Notes: generated from the letters alone by a model not told the origin. Numbered from the stretch's first letter, positions 49,127-60,574 are shown. The stretch is 64,000 nucleotides of DNA from an uncultured Candidatus Saccharibacteria bacterium (GCA_964370865.1 CAYJKF010000002.1:84719-148718), one strand, 5' to 3'. Program-made: numbers and translations.

Positions 49127-50026
49127 ATGACCATATATTCGCAGATAAATTCTAATAAGCGTAAAACCGCATTTATTATTGTAGTGTTCATGCTTTTTAT
49201 TTCTTTCTTAGGATACGTTTTAGGTGAATATTACTTTGGATACGGAATGGGACTTGGTGTGATGGGTATGGCATTTGTATTTTCTGCGATTAGTGCGTTA
49301 TCGAGTTATTTCTATTCAGATAAAATGGTTTTAGGTATTTCAGGTGCGAAAAAGGCAGATCCTGTACGTGATTCGAATTTATATGGAATACTTGAAAATC
49401 TTTCAATTGGTTCAGGATTACCAAAAACACCTGATTTATATATCATTAATGATTCTGCTCCAAACGCTTTTGCGACTGGACGTGATACTAAACATTCCGC
49501 AATCGCCGTAACAACTGGTTTGGCCCAAAAACTGAACAAACGTCAAATTGAAGCTGTATTAGCGCATGAAATATCACATGTAAAAAATTACGATATATTA
49601 TTAATGACGATAGTTGTAGTACTAGTTGGATCAGTAACAATGCTCGCTAATTTTCTTTTTCGAGGTAGAATGTTCAGCTCGAGTGATAATAATCGTGGAG
49701 GTGGAGGAATTATCTTGTTAGTCGGTCTGGCTTTAGCAATAGTAAGCCCTATAATAGCTCAGCTAATTAAACTTGCGGTTTCACGAAGTAGAGAGTATTT
49801 GGCAGATGCATCCGCTTCTCTTCTTACTAGAGATCCTGATGGGCTTGCCGAAGCACTAGCAATTATTGCCAATGATCCAGAACCCCTTGAAGTTGCAAAT
49901 GAAGCGACAGCCCATCTATATATATCAAATCCTTTGAAAAAAGGAGTTAACGCTGACTGGTTTGCAAATTTGTTTAGTACACATCCTCCGGTACAAGAAA
50001 GGATTGCTAGGTTAAGGGCAATGTAG
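49127..50026 (+). CDS. htpX: Zn membrane protease HtpX (M48)
   Basis: Motifs PNAFATG, AHEISH, SR.REYLAD and FSTHPP..ERI. Confidence 0.96.
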   Translation: MTIYSQINSNKRKTAFIIVVFMLFISFLGYVLGEYYFGYGMGLGVMGMAFVFSAISALSSYFYSDKMVLGISGAKKADPVRDSNLYGILENLSIGSGLPKTPDLYIINDSAPNAFATGRDTKHSAIAVTTGLAQKLNKRQIEAVLAHEISHVKNYDILLMTIVVVLVGSVTMLANFLFRGRMFSSSDNNRGGGGIILLVGLALAIVSPIIAQLIKLAVSRSREYLADASASLLTRDPDGLAEALAIIANDPEPLEVANEATAHLYISNPLKKGVNADWFANLFSTHPPVQERIARLRAM

Positions 50027-50029
50027 TTT

Positions 50030-50311
50030 ATGGTTACAAAAGAACAAGTTTTAAAAATCGCGAAATTGGCTAATTTAGAATTAACTGAAGCCGAAGTCGA
50101 TTCATTTACTCCACAGATTTCTAATATAATTGGGTATTTAAATAAACTAAGTGAAGTTGATGTCAGCTCTGTCGAGCAGGATTTTACCGTTTTAAAAGAC
50201 TCAAAAAATCGTTTTCAAGAAGGTGAAAGTAATACTATAGAAAGAAAAGAAGCGTTGAAAAATTCTAAAGATCATACTGATAAGTATTTTTCAACGGACC
50301 CTGTTTTATGA
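50030..50311 (+). CDS. gatC: Asp/Glu-tRNA amidotransferase subunit C
   Basis: Motifs V..IAKLA.L and I..Y..KL.EVD. Precedes gatA. Confidence 0.9.
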   Translation: MVTKEQVLKIAKLANLELTEAEVDSFTPQISNIIGYLNKLSEVDVSSVEQDFTVLKDSKNRFQEGESNTIERKEALKNSKDHTDKYFSTDPVL

Positions 50312-51726
50312 TAATCATTAAAGATTTTCACAATAAAATATTCAATAAAGAGAAAACTGTAGTTGAATTAATTTCAGAATATTTGGAAAATATTCAAACG
50401 ACTAATCCGAAATTGAATTCTTTTATTACAATCACAAAGGAAAGTGCATTACAAAAAGCCAGATTACTGGATGAAGAGTTATCAAAAACTTCACCAGAAG
50501 AAATTCTAAAGACTAAGCCACTTTTTGGAATTCCAATTGCTCATAAAGATATTTTTTCAACAAAAGGAGTTGAGACAACAGCAGCTTCTAATATATTAAG
50601 AGGTTATATTCCACCTTATGATGCAACTGTAGTGAAAAGGTTAGAAAATGCTGGATGCATAATGCTGGGTAAATTAAATTGTGATGCATTTGCTCATGGC
50701 GCTTCAGGAGTGAATAGCGATTTCGGAAATACATTGAATCCCTATGATTTTAATCGTATTCCAGGTGGTTCCTCTAGTGGTTCAGGTGTTGCGGTAGCGA
50801 CAAATCAAGTCTGTGTGGCAACTGGATCAGATACAGGTGGCTCAGTTAGAAATCCTGCTTCATTTACAAACACAGTTGGCTTAAAACCAACATATGGTAG
50901 AGTTTCAAGGTATGGAGTGTATGCAATGGCGTCATCTTTGGATTCAATTGGTCATATTACAAATACGGTTGAGGATAATGCGAAAATTTTAAATGTAACA
51001 GCAGGATTTGACGAGAATGATGCCACCTCATCTAAAATTGCTACAGAAGACTATACGCAGGATTTAAATCTTGGAGTTAAGGGATTAAAAATCGGAATTC
51101 CTAAAGAATACTTTACAAACGAGTTAGATCCTCAAGTAAAAAAATCAATCGAAAATTCAATCCAAATCTACACAAAACTTGGAGCAGAGATAGTTGATAT
51201 CTCCCTTCCTCATACAGAATACGCTCTTGCGGTATATTACACGTTGACACCAAGTGAAGTTTCATCCAATTTGGGACGTCTAGATGGAATTCGTTATGGT
51301 CAAGATCGTACAAAATTTGGAGCAGAAGCTAAGAGAAGAATTATGATTGGTACATATGTTTTATCTGCTGGATATTACGATGCATATTATTTAAAAGCAT
51401 TAAAAGTTAGAGCCTTAATAAAGAAAAATTTCGAGGAGGCTTTTAAAAAGGTTGATCTTATTTTGGCACCAGTTGCTCCATGCTTGCCGCTAAGGTTTGA
51501 CGAAGATTTAACGGATCCTATGAAACTTTATTTAACCGACATCCTTACAGTTACGGCTAATTTAGCTGGTATTCCAGCACTTGCTCTACCATCAGGATTC
51601 AGTGAAGAAGGTTTACCAATTGGTATGCAGTTAATGGGTAATTACTTTGAGGAAAAGCTCCTTTTCAGAGTAGCAAATGCTTACGAGCAAGAAACAAAAT
51701 TATATGAAAGGAGACCAAGCTTATGA
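50308..51726 (+). CDS. gatA: Asp/Glu-tRNA amidotransferase subunit A
   Basis: Amidase signature GGSSSGS, GSDTGGSVR.PA, SSNL.R.DG.RYG and RRIMIGT. Confidence 0.96.
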   Translation: MIIIKDFHNKIFNKEKTVVELISEYLENIQTTNPKLNSFITITKESALQKARLLDEELSKTSPEEILKTKPLFGIPIAHKDIFSTKGVETTAASNILRGYIPPYDATVVKRLENAGCIMLGKLNCDAFAHGASGVNSDFGNTLNPYDFNRIPGGSSSGSGVAVATNQVCVATGSDTGGSVRNPASFTNTVGLKPTYGRVSRYGVYAMASSLDSIGHITNTVEDNAKILNVTAGFDENDATSSKIATEDYTQDLNLGVKGLKIGIPKEYFTNELDPQVKKSIENSIQIYTKLGAEIVDISLPHTEYALAVYYTLTPSEVSSNLGRLDGIRYGQDRTKFGAEAKRRIMIGTYVLSAGYYDAYYLKALKVRALIKKNFEEAFKKVDLILAPVAPCLPLRFDEDLTDPMKLYLTDILTVTANLAGIPALALPSGFSEEGLPIGMQLMGNYFEEKLLFRVANAYEQETKLYERRPSL

Positions 51727-53045
51727 GCGACATTAATTCAAAATACGAATTAGTTCTTGGGATGGAAATTCATATGCAGCTTTCGACTGGACGAAAGATG
51801 TTCTGTAAATGTAAAAGTGATTCGTTTGATAGCGAACCAAATGTAAATGTTTGTCCTGTTTGTTTGGGTTTACCAGGAGCCATGCCGGTTCCAAATTTAG
51901 ATGCAATCAAAAAATCTCAGCTTATGGCAAATGCCCTTGGAAGTAAACTAAATTCAAGAGTTATATTTGAGCGAAAAAACTATTTTTATCCAGATTTACC
52001 AAAAGGTTTTCAATTAACTTGTCCTCACTATCCAATTAGTACTGGTGGAGAAATGGATTTGTCTCATCTTGGATTAAAAGGTCCTTTTAGATGGAGGGAA
52101 ATTCACCTTGAAGAGGACACTGGAAAATCAATGCACACAGATAAAACATATTTAGATTTCAATAAATCAGGTATTCCACTTTTAGAGATGGTAACCGAAC
52201 CTGATTTTCGTTCGATTGATGATGCAGTAATATTTTGTACGGAGATACAATCGATAGCTAAAACGTTAAAAATAAGTGACGCGGATATGGAAAAAGGTAA
52301 ATTAAGATTGGAGGCTAATATTTCAGTCAGGCCAGTTGGTCAAACAAATCTTCCAAATTATAGAGTTGAACTTAAAAATATAAACTCATTTAAATTTATG
52401 AAGAAGGCTTTAACATTCGAATTCAGAAGACAAATTGGCGAATTAGAAAATGGAAGCACTTTATATCAAGAGACCCGAGGATTTAATGAAGACAAAAATG
52501 AAACGTTCGTGCAAAGATCAAAAGAAGAAGCTAATGATTACAGATATTTTCCTGAACCAGATATTCCACCAATTGAGTTTACGGATCCTGAATTAGATTC
52601 AATTTCGAACATAGAGTTAAGTTTACCGAAAGATAAATTCAAATTATTGAATGATTTAGGTGTTCCAACTAACTATATAAATATATTAATTGGAGATGAA
52701 ACTTTGTATAAAAATGTTATTTCCTTAATAAACGAATATAAATATGAACCCAAAAAAGCTGTATCCATTTATATTGATAAGCCATCAAATAGAAATTTGA
52801 CTCCGGCAGAAATCGTGAATGCAGAAAAAAAGAATACAGATAATAAAATAACGGATGCAAACAAAATTAAAGAGATAATTGCGACTGTCCTTGCAGAAAA
52901 TCCTAAAGCGATTCAGGATTATAAAGATGGAAAAGAGAATTCAATCCAATTTTTAATAGGACAGGTCATGCGTAGTAGTAAAGGAATGGTTGATGTTACA
53001 ACAGCAAAAGAAATTTTATTGACTAAACTCCAAAACAGTATATAA
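51723..53045 (+). CDS. gatB: Asp/Glu-tRNA amidotransferase subunit B
   Basis: Motifs G.EIH.QL, K.FC, RKNYFYPDLPKG, HLEED.GK, ELKN.NSF and DYRYFPEPD. Confidence 0.96.
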   Translation: MSDINSKYELVLGMEIHMQLSTGRKMFCKCKSDSFDSEPNVNVCPVCLGLPGAMPVPNLDAIKKSQLMANALGSKLNSRVIFERKNYFYPDLPKGFQLTCPHYPISTGGEMDLSHLGLKGPFRWREIHLEEDTGKSMHTDKTYLDFNKSGIPLLEMVTEPDFRSIDDAVIFCTEIQSIAKTLKISDADMEKGKLRLEANISVRPVGQTNLPNYRVELKNINSFKFMKKALTFEFRRQIGELENGSTLYQETRGFNEDKNETFVQRSKEEANDYRYFPEPDIPPIEFTDPELDSISNIELSLPKDKFKLLNDLGVPTNYINILIGDETLYKNVISLINEYKYEPKKAVSIYIDKPSNRNLTPAEIVNAEKKNTDNKITDANKIKEIIATVLAENPKAIQDYKDGKENSIQFLIGQVMRSSKGMVDVTTAKEILLTKLQNSI

Positions 53046-53053
53046 AGTTCTTT

Positions 53054-54778
53054 ATGCCAAGTTACAACAGGTTACAAACTTCTAGTGCCTGGCAAAAACC
53101 CCCAAAAAACACTTCACCAAAATTTATTTTCGTTTCAGGCGGAGTTATGAGTGCGCTTGGTAAAGGGATTACTGCTGCCAGTATATCCATGTTGCTAAAA
53201 AAACATGGTTACATTGTATGTCCAATTAAATGTGAAAATAATCTTAATGTAGATTTTGGAACAATTAATCCAATTGAACATGGTGATCCTTTTCTTTGTC
53301 ACGATGGTCTAGAAGCTGATGTGGATTTAGGTAATTACGAAAGATTCTTAAATCAACCTGTTGGGACAGATAACTTCATGACCATGGGACAGTTATATTC
53401 AACTGTAATCAATAATGAAAGATTGCTTAAATATCATGGTGAAGATGTAGAACCAATTCCACATATTGTTGATGAAATAATCGAGAGATACAAGTTAGCA
53501 GCTAAATCTCACAAAGCAGATTATGTTGTTATCGAACTTGGTGGAACTGTTGGCGAATATGAAAATAATAATGGCTTATATTACGAGGCTGCTAGAAGGT
53601 TAGCTTTTCAATATCCCGTTGCACATGTACATGTAACTTATGTCCCGGTTCCTCCACATGTAGGTGAACCAAAAACAAAACCTGCACAATTTGGAATTAA
53701 AGAGCTAATGAGCATGGGGATTTATCCAGATTTTATTGTAGTAAGAAGCGAAATCCCATTAGATGACCAACGCAAATATAAATTTGCTATGAAATTTAAT
53801 ATTGATCCAAATAATGTTTTTTCTAACGAAAACTTGAAAAGTTCAGATGAAGTGCCTGTTCATCTTCATAAACAAAAAATTGATGAAAGAATTCTAAGTT
53901 TATTTGGCGACAAATCAAAGAAAATCGATATTGATGAATGGACTAGCTATGTTAACAAGCTAGTTAAAAATAAAACTAAAATAGTCAAAATAGGCATTGT
54001 CGGAAAGTACTTAGCATCAGGACAGTCTCAATCAATCGATTCTTATTATGCTCTGGTAAAGGCTTTAGAGCATGCAGCAACTAATCAAAATAGTAATTTA
54101 GAAATCCAATTTGTTAATTCTGAAACAGATGAGAAAAATATGAAAAGCGCCTTAAAAAATGTAGACGGTATCATTGTCCCAATCGGATGGGGTTCCAGAG
54201 GTGTTGAGGGAAAAATAAATGCAATTACTTTTGCGAGGGAAAATAAGATTCCTTACCTCGGACTTTGTTATGGTATGCAACTAGCTTGCGTAGAATTCGC
54301 AAGAAATGTTGTCGGTTTAACTGGTGCAAATTCAATAGAAGTAAATCCAAAGACAAAATATCCAATTATTCATAGTATTCCATTCGACCCACAATATCAG
54401 GTGATAAAAGCCGAAGGATCTTCAATGAGACTTGGAACTTATAAATGTGTCCTTAAAAAAGGTTCCTTAGCCGAGAAAGTTTATAATCTACATGTTTATA
54501 TGGATGACAAAGAGAATCGAATCGTAAGTGAGCGTCATAGACACAGATTTGAATTCAATAATGAATATAGAGAAGAGTTAGAAAAAGCAGGGCTAATTAT
54601 ATCCGGAACCTCCCCGGATAATTTTTTTGTAGAGTTTATTGAACTTGATAAAAAGGACCATCCATTTTTCATTGCAACGCAAGGTCATCCAGAATATAAA
54701 TCAACGCCTCTTATTCCACATCCTTTATTTGTGGAATTTGTTAAAGCATCGATAAAGTCAACAGCGCATAAAAAGTAG
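53054..54778 (+). CDS. pyrG: CTP synthase
   Basis: Motifs GGV.S.LGKG, DLG.YERF, ELGGTVG and KTKP, plus glutaminase GLCYGMQ, ERHRHR.E and HPE. Confidence 0.96.
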   Translation: MPSYNRLQTSSAWQKPPKNTSPKFIFVSGGVMSALGKGITAASISMLLKKHGYIVCPIKCENNLNVDFGTINPIEHGDPFLCHDGLEADVDLGNYERFLNQPVGTDNFMTMGQLYSTVINNERLLKYHGEDVEPIPHIVDEIIERYKLAAKSHKADYVVIELGGTVGEYENNNGLYYEAARRLAFQYPVAHVHVTYVPVPPHVGEPKTKPAQFGIKELMSMGIYPDFIVVRSEIPLDDQRKYKFAMKFNIDPNNVFSNENLKSSDEVPVHLHKQKIDERILSLFGDKSKKIDIDEWTSYVNKLVKNKTKIVKIGIVGKYLASGQSQSIDSYYALVKALEHAATNQNSNLEIQFVNSETDEKNMKSALKNVDGIIVPIGWGSRGVEGKINAITFARENKIPYLGLCYGMQLACVEFARNVVGLTGANSIEVNPKTKYPIIHSIPFDPQYQVIKAEGSSMRLGTYKCVLKKGSLAEKVYNLHVYMDDKENRIVSERHRHRFEFNNEYREELEKAGLIISGTSPDNFFVEFIELDKKDHPFFIATQGHPEYKSTPLIPHPLFVEFVKASIKSTAHKK

Positions 54779-54798
54779 TTTTATAGTATAAAAAGAGT

Positions 54799-57700
54799 AT
54801 GGAAGTAGATCCTATTATAAATCCTGTCAGTGGGAAATTTGTTCATTTGCATGTACATAGCGAATATTCAATGCTAGATGGAATTAACCGAATTCCCGAA
54901 GTGGTTAAGAAAATAAAAGATGACGGAATGTCGTCTCTAGCTTTAACTGATCATGGAGTGCTTTATGGCGTTTATGATTTTTATAAAGCATGCAAGTCAG
55001 CAGAAGTAAAACCGATAATCGGGTGTGAAATATATTTATCGCCTGGAAAAAAAGAAATCAAAGAAGAGATTGATGGAATAAAATATTATCACCTATTATT
55101 ACTTGCTAAGAATGAAATTGGTTACCACAACCTGATAAAGATAATTTCAAGGTCGCATTTAGAAGGATTTTACTACAGGCCAAGAGCTGATAAAGAGTTA
55201 CTGGAGGAGTTTTCTGAAGGAATTATCTGTTCATCAGCATGTGCGGTCGGACCACTAAGTAGACACATTTTGAGAAATGAAGATCCAAAGGCAATAGATT
55301 GGTTAAATTTTCTAAAGAAAAATTATAAAGATGATTTTTATCTCGAGCTACAAAGACCTGGATTCGCGGGAACAGATAATCCCAAAGAAATCAATTTTTC
55401 AGGATTTTCTGAGGAGCACGTTAATCTGCTAAAAGAGCAGACTAAAATAAATACTAAGTTGAGAGAGTGGAGTGACAAATATCAAATTCCTTTAATTGGA
55501 ACCACCGACGCTCATTATCTAAATGCTGATGATGAGTTTACACAAGAAGTCGCCTTTGCAATAAAAGATGGAAAACGGTTAAGTGATCCAACTAGAAGAC
55601 TTGCATATACCCATACATATATAAAAACCCAAAACGAGATGGCTGAGGTTTATAAGGACTTGCCAGAAGTCCTGGAAAACACAGTAAAACTTGCCGAGAA
55701 GGTTGAAACATATCCAATTGGTTATGATCGTTTACAACCCAAATTTAGCGGATTGCCAGATGGAAAAACTGCTAGAAGTTATCTAAAAGAATTATCGATG
55801 GACGGTGCAAACCTAAAATATAAAAATCTTACAGAAGATCTAATTGCAAGAATTGACATGGAATTAGACGTCATACATGACAAAGGTTATGACGATTACT
55901 TTTTAGTAGTCGCAGATATTATGCGCTGGTCTAAAGAGCAGGACATTTTAGTTGGTGTGAGGGGTTCTGTTGCAGGTAGCGTTGTTGCTTATGCTTTAAA
56001 TATAACCACAATTGATCCGATTAAATGGGAACTTTATTTCGAAAGATTTCTAAATCCGCAGAGGCCAAGTCCACCGGATATTGATATGGATATACAAGAC
56101 TCGAGAAGAGATGAAGTTCTAAAATACGTTCAAGATAAATTCGGAGAAGATTGTGTTGCTGCAATTTCTGCATTCGGACGATTAAGAACAAGAGCAGCAA
56201 TTAGAGATGTATCAAGAGTTATGGAAATCGATTTAAAGGTTGCCGATGAATTATCAAAGATGGTTCATGTAAAGTTTGGAAGAGTCAAAGCAATTAAGGG
56301 GATGCTTGCCGATGATAAACAATTTGCCTCAAGGGTTAATGAGAATCCCAATTTGTCAAAGATGGCAGAAGTCGTATCGAAAATTGAAGGACTATGTAGG
56401 CATGTGTCGACACATGCTTGTGGGTATTTAATTACTCCAACACCAATTCAAGATTTAACTCCTCTTCAATATGAAACAGGGTCTAGTGAAAAAGTTATTA
56501 CTCAGCTCGAATCCAAGCCACTCGAAGAATTGGGATTCATGAAGTTTGATTTTTTAGGACTTAAGAATTTAACAATAATTGATAAAGCTATTAAGTTGGT
56601 TAAAGAATTACATAACGTAGATGTTGATATTTACACAATCCCTGAGGACGATAAGAAAACTTTTAAATTATTCCAGGCAGCAAACACAACTTCTGTATTC
56701 CAGTTTGAATCAGAAGGAATGAAAAAATATTTAAAGGATTTAAAACCAGAGGATTTGGAAGATATCTGCTTTATGGTAGCGGCTTACAGACCAGGACCTA
56801 TGAAACTTATTCCTGAATATATTGCCTGTAAACATGGCGAAAAAGACCCGGAGTATTTGATACCAGAACTAGAACCAATATTATCCAACACTTATGGCTT
56901 TGCTATATACCAGGAACAAGTTATCAGAATAGCAGTTGAAATTGCAGGATATACAATGGGTGAAGCGGATTTACTTAGAAGAGCCATGGGTAAAAAGATT
57001 CCGGAATTAATGAAGGCCGAAGAAGCTAGATTTGTTGATGGCTGTGTAAAAGGAGGTTTTTCAAAAGATATTGGTAAAAAACTTTTTGAATACATGATGC
57101 CATTTGCAGATTATGGATTCAATAAAGCCCACGCTGCTGGCTATGCAATGCTCGCATATTGGACTGCATATCTCAAAGCACACTATCCTCTAGAATTTAT
57201 GTGTGCACGTTTAACAGCAGATATGGGAGCTGGAGACAAGCTAACAATAGCACTAGAAGAAGCAAGGCATTTAAACTTAGAGCTATTACCTCCTGATATC
57301 AATTTAAGTTATGCGGATTTTACTGCCGAAGGTAAAAATGGTATTCGATTTGGTTTTAATGGAATCAAAAACTTAGGGAGCAATGTAGTTGATGAAATTA
57401 TTTCTGCAAGAGGTTTATCAGGAGATTTCTCTAATTTAGATGAGTTAATTGACAGAGTTCCATCAATTAACTCCAGGGGACTTGAATCATTAATAAAGGT
57501 AAACGGATTATCTTCTTTTGGTCCAATCGAAGGCTTATTATCTATTTATCCTCAGCTATTAGCAAATAAATCCAAATATAATAAAAGGGACGTAAACCAA
57601 ATTGGATTCTTTGATGCTAAAAATGCTGATAGTGGACCAAAAGTTATTAGTGCTACTCCTATTCCTAATTTGAATAACATTACTGACAATCAAAAACTTC

Positions 57701-58341
57701 AATGGGAGAAGGAATTATTAGGAATTTATTTCACGTCAAATCCTTTGATTGAAATAATTAATAAATATCCAGATAAAAACTTTAAGACAATTTCAGCAAA
57801 TGATTTAAAAGAAGGTGCGGATATTTCTGGTATAGCAATAATTCACAGAATAAAAAATATTACTACTAGAAAAGGCGATCCGATGGCGTTCTTAACATTG
57901 GAAGACACATCGGGTACTTATGATGGCGTTGTATTTCCCAAAGATTATAAAGTCTTTAAAGATTATTTAATAGATGGTTCAGTAATATTTATAAACGGAA
58001 AAGTAAATTTGAGAGATGATCAGGTAAGTATCATTATAAATAAAGTCAAAAATTTAACTTTGGCTATAGAAAATGATGAAGAGATGTCTGATTTGATGTC
58101 TTCTATTGCAACTAAAAAAGAAGAACTATGTACAGTATATGTTCATGAGTCTGCAACATTAGAAGATTTATCTCAATTGAGAGATATTTTTTCAGAGAAT
58201 CTTGGAGAAATAATGGTTATTATTGTTATTCATGATGACGATGAGATTAAGCGTTTTAAGGTTAGAAATAAGGTTGATATTAAAATACTTCAGGAAATTG
58301 TGGCGAAGATGTCTATGGTAGAGAAGGTTGTATTTAAGTAG
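54799..58341 (+). CDS. dnaE: DNA polymerase III alpha subunit
   Basis: PHP domain HLHVHSEYS.LDG, RGS.AGS, FERFLNP.R..PPDID.D, KFDFLGL, YGFNKAH and an OB fold. Confidence 0.97.
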   Translation: MEVDPIINPVSGKFVHLHVHSEYSMLDGINRIPEVVKKIKDDGMSSLALTDHGVLYGVYDFYKACKSAEVKPIIGCEIYLSPGKKEIKEEIDGIKYYHLLLLAKNEIGYHNLIKIISRSHLEGFYYRPRADKELLEEFSEGIICSSACAVGPLSRHILRNEDPKAIDWLNFLKKNYKDDFYLELQRPGFAGTDNPKEINFSGFSEEHVNLLKEQTKINTKLREWSDKYQIPLIGTTDAHYLNADDEFTQEVAFAIKDGKRLSDPTRRLAYTHTYIKTQNEMAEVYKDLPEVLENTVKLAEKVETYPIGYDRLQPKFSGLPDGKTARSYLKELSMDGANLKYKNLTEDLIARIDMELDVIHDKGYDDYFLVVADIMRWSKEQDILVGVRGSVAGSVVAYALNITTIDPIKWELYFERFLNPQRPSPPDIDMDIQDSRRDEVLKYVQDKFGEDCVAAISAFGRLRTRAAIRDVSRVMEIDLKVADELSKMVHVKFGRVKAIKGMLADDKQFASRVNENPNLSKMAEVVSKIEGLCRHVSTHACGYLITPTPIQDLTPLQYETGSSEKVITQLESKPLEELGFMKFDFLGLKNLTIIDKAIKLVKELHNVDVDIYTIPEDDKKTFKLFQAANTTSVFQFESEGMKKYLKDLKPEDLEDICFMVAAYRPGPMKLIPEYIACKHGEKDPEYLIPELEPILSNTYGFAIYQEQVIRIAVEIAGYTMGEADLLRRAMGKKIPELMKAEEARFVDGCVKGGFSKDIGKKLFEYMMPFADYGFNKAHAAGYAMLAYWTAYLKAHYPLEFMCARLTADMGAGDKLTIALEEARHLNLELLPPDINLSYADFTAEGKNGIRFGFNGIKNLGSNVVDEIISARGLSGDFSNLDELIDRVPSINSRGLESLIKVNGLSSFGPIEGLLSIYPQLLANKSKYNKRDVNQIGFFDAKNADSGPKVISATPIPNLNNITDNQKLQWEKELLGIYFTSNPLIEIINKYPDKNFKTISANDLKEGADISGIAIIHRIKNITTRKGDPMAFLTLEDTSGTYDGVVFPKDYKVFKDYLIDGSVIFINGKVNLRDDQVSIIINKVKNLTLAIENDEEMSDLMSSIATKKEELCTVYVHESATLEDLSQLRDIFSENLGEIMVIIVIHDDDEIKRFKVRNKVDIKILQEIVAKMSMVEKVVFK

Positions 58342-58414
58342 AATAAAAAGCCGCAGATACTAGCAAACTAGCCCCTTGAGTGATAAAATATCTCTGTTAT
58401 ATTGTTATTTACTT

Positions 58415-60532
58415 ATGGTTATTTGTTCAAATTGTAGAAAAAGAGAAGCACAACACCAAACTGCCGTTAATGTTGACGGAAGATTGGTTTACATGTCACT
58501 TTGTGAAGAGTGCCTTTTGAAGTTGCAAAAAAAGTCACAAGAAACTACTTCATTGGATCAGTTTAGCCGTGACCTAACAGAACTTGCAAAAGATGGAAAG
58601 CTAGATCCGGTTATTGGGCGTGATTCGCAGATAGATAGATTGGTTCATATACTTTGCAGACGTACAAAGAATAATCCTGTGTTGATTGGTGAACCTGGAG
58701 TTGGTAAGACAGCAATAGTTGAAGGTTTGGCCCAGAAAATTGTAGACAATATGGTTCCCGAGCCAATGCGAAAAAAAAGATTAGTATCGCTAGATCTCGC
58801 TGCTTTAATAGCCGGTACTGTGCATAGAGGAGCTTTTGAAAAAAGACTTAAAGAGGTTATTGATGAAGTTACAAAAACAAAAGGTCAGGTAATTCTATTT
58901 CTAGACGAGGTTCATACAATAGTAGGTGCTGGCAGTGCTCAAGGATCAATGGATGCAGCAAATATTCTTAAGCCATACCTTTCTAGAGGAGAAATGCAGT
59001 TAATTGGTGCTACAACTATTAAGGAATATAAGATAGTTGAGAAAGATGCTGCTCTCGAAAGAAGATTCCAGCAGGTTCAGGTGGACGAACCAAATTCAGA
59101 GCAGACAAAAAAGATATTAAACGGCTTGAAGAAAAGATATGAAGAGCATCATAAAATTATTATTTCTCAAGAGGCTATTGATGCTGCAGTGAAATTATCC
59201 GACAGATACATATCTGATAAATTTCAACCAGATAAGGCTATTGATTTAATCGATGAATCCGGAGCAGCACTAAGATTAGAATTATCCTCTCAAGAACCAA
59301 CAAATCTGAAACAAGTTCTGGAGGAAATAGACTCAATTGAAACAGCCGCATTTGATGAACAGGATTCAAAGAAACAAGAAAAAATACAATCAAAACTTGA
59401 TGAATTAAATCGAGTCAAAAAAGAACTTACGGATCTTTGGGTTCAGACAAAGCTCGATAACACACCAATCTTAAAAGAAGAGCATGTCGCAAAAGTTATA
59501 TCTAAAATGACAGGTATTTCCTTATCGGAATTAACCCAAGACGAAAGAGATAAACTTAAACATTTAAAGGAATCGTTAGGTGCCAAGGTAGTTGGACAGT
59601 CTGATGCTGTAGAGGTCATGAGCCAATCAATTCTAAGGGCTAGAGCAGGTGTAAAACCAGTAAATAGACCAGTTGGAGTATTTATGTTCTTAGGTCCAAC
59701 AGGGGTCGGTAAAACGCAATTAGCAAAAAGCTTATCAGAAGTTTTATATGGAAATGAAGAACACTTAATACGAGTAGATATGAGTGAGTTTGGAGAGAAG
59801 CATAATGTTGCAAGGCTTATTGGATCTCCTCCAGGATATATCGGTTACGAAGAGGGAGGTACTTTAACTGAAAAAGTTAGACGAAAACCGTTTAGTATTA
59901 TTCTGTTTGACGAGATTGAGAAGGCTCACTCAGATGTTTTTAATGTGTTACTTCAAGTCATGGATGACGGAAGGCTAACAGATGGTCAAGGAAGAACTGT
60001 TGATTTCAGAAATGCAATTATTATAATGACTTCAAATGTTGGTTCGGAATATTTACAAAGAGAGCATATAGGTTTTACCGAAGTAAATTTGGACGATACA
60101 TCTAGAGAGCAAAATGAGAAGGAAGACGCACATCTTCGTATAAAGGAGAGAATTAACGAGTCCCTTAAAAATACTTTTAAACCTGAGTTTCTAAACAGAA
60201 TAGATGACATTATCATATTTCATCCTCTTGGACATGGTGAGATAGCCAAAATTGTGGATATTCAAATTGCAGAACTTAACAAACTTTTGTCAGAATCAGG
60301 AATAAAGGTTAATTTAAGTGAATCAGCCAAAAATCATATGATTAAAGAAGGATATAATTTAGAACTCGGTGCTAGACCACTTAAGAGACTTATACAAAAA
60401 GAGATTGAAAATCCAATTTCATTAATGATTATTGATGGGGAAATTGCAGGAGATACCGAAGTAAAAATTAGTGCAGGAGAAGACAAACTTAAGATTAAAG
60501 TGGCAGACATGCAGAAGGCAAAAGTAACTTAG
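58415..60532 (+). CDS. Clp AAA+ ATPase with N-terminal Zn finger (ClpE/ClpC-like)
   Basis: CSNC..CEEC at the N-terminus, two AAA modules (GEPGVGKT, GPTGVGKT), IGF ClpP-docking loop and GARPL.R. Confidence 0.92.
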   Translation: MVICSNCRKREAQHQTAVNVDGRLVYMSLCEECLLKLQKKSQETTSLDQFSRDLTELAKDGKLDPVIGRDSQIDRLVHILCRRTKNNPVLIGEPGVGKTAIVEGLAQKIVDNMVPEPMRKKRLVSLDLAALIAGTVHRGAFEKRLKEVIDEVTKTKGQVILFLDEVHTIVGAGSAQGSMDAANILKPYLSRGEMQLIGATTIKEYKIVEKDAALERRFQQVQVDEPNSEQTKKILNGLKKRYEEHHKIIISQEAIDAAVKLSDRYISDKFQPDKAIDLIDESGAALRLELSSQEPTNLKQVLEEIDSIETAAFDEQDSKKQEKIQSKLDELNRVKKELTDLWVQTKLDNTPILKEEHVAKVISKMTGISLSELTQDERDKLKHLKESLGAKVVGQSDAVEVMSQSILRARAGVKPVNRPVGVFMFLGPTGVGKTQLAKSLSEVLYGNEEHLIRVDMSEFGEKHNVARLIGSPPGYIGYEEGGTLTEKVRRKPFSIILFDEIEKAHSDVFNVLLQVMDDGRLTDGQGRTVDFRNAIIIMTSNVGSEYLQREHIGFTEVNLDDTSREQNEKEDAHLRIKERINESLKNTFKPEFLNRIDDIIIFHPLGHGEIAKIVDIQIAELNKLLSESGIKVNLSESAKNHMIKEGYNLELGARPLKRLIQKEIENPISLMIIDGEIAGDTEVKISAGEDKLKIKVADMQKAKVT

Positions 60533-60574
60533 TTGTAGCATATTCCTCTAGAATACGTTAAAATATTCCAGCAT

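Noticed and set aside
54799-58341. Intein or split in dnaE
   Set aside because: Length and motif order are normal, with no intein terminal signatures.
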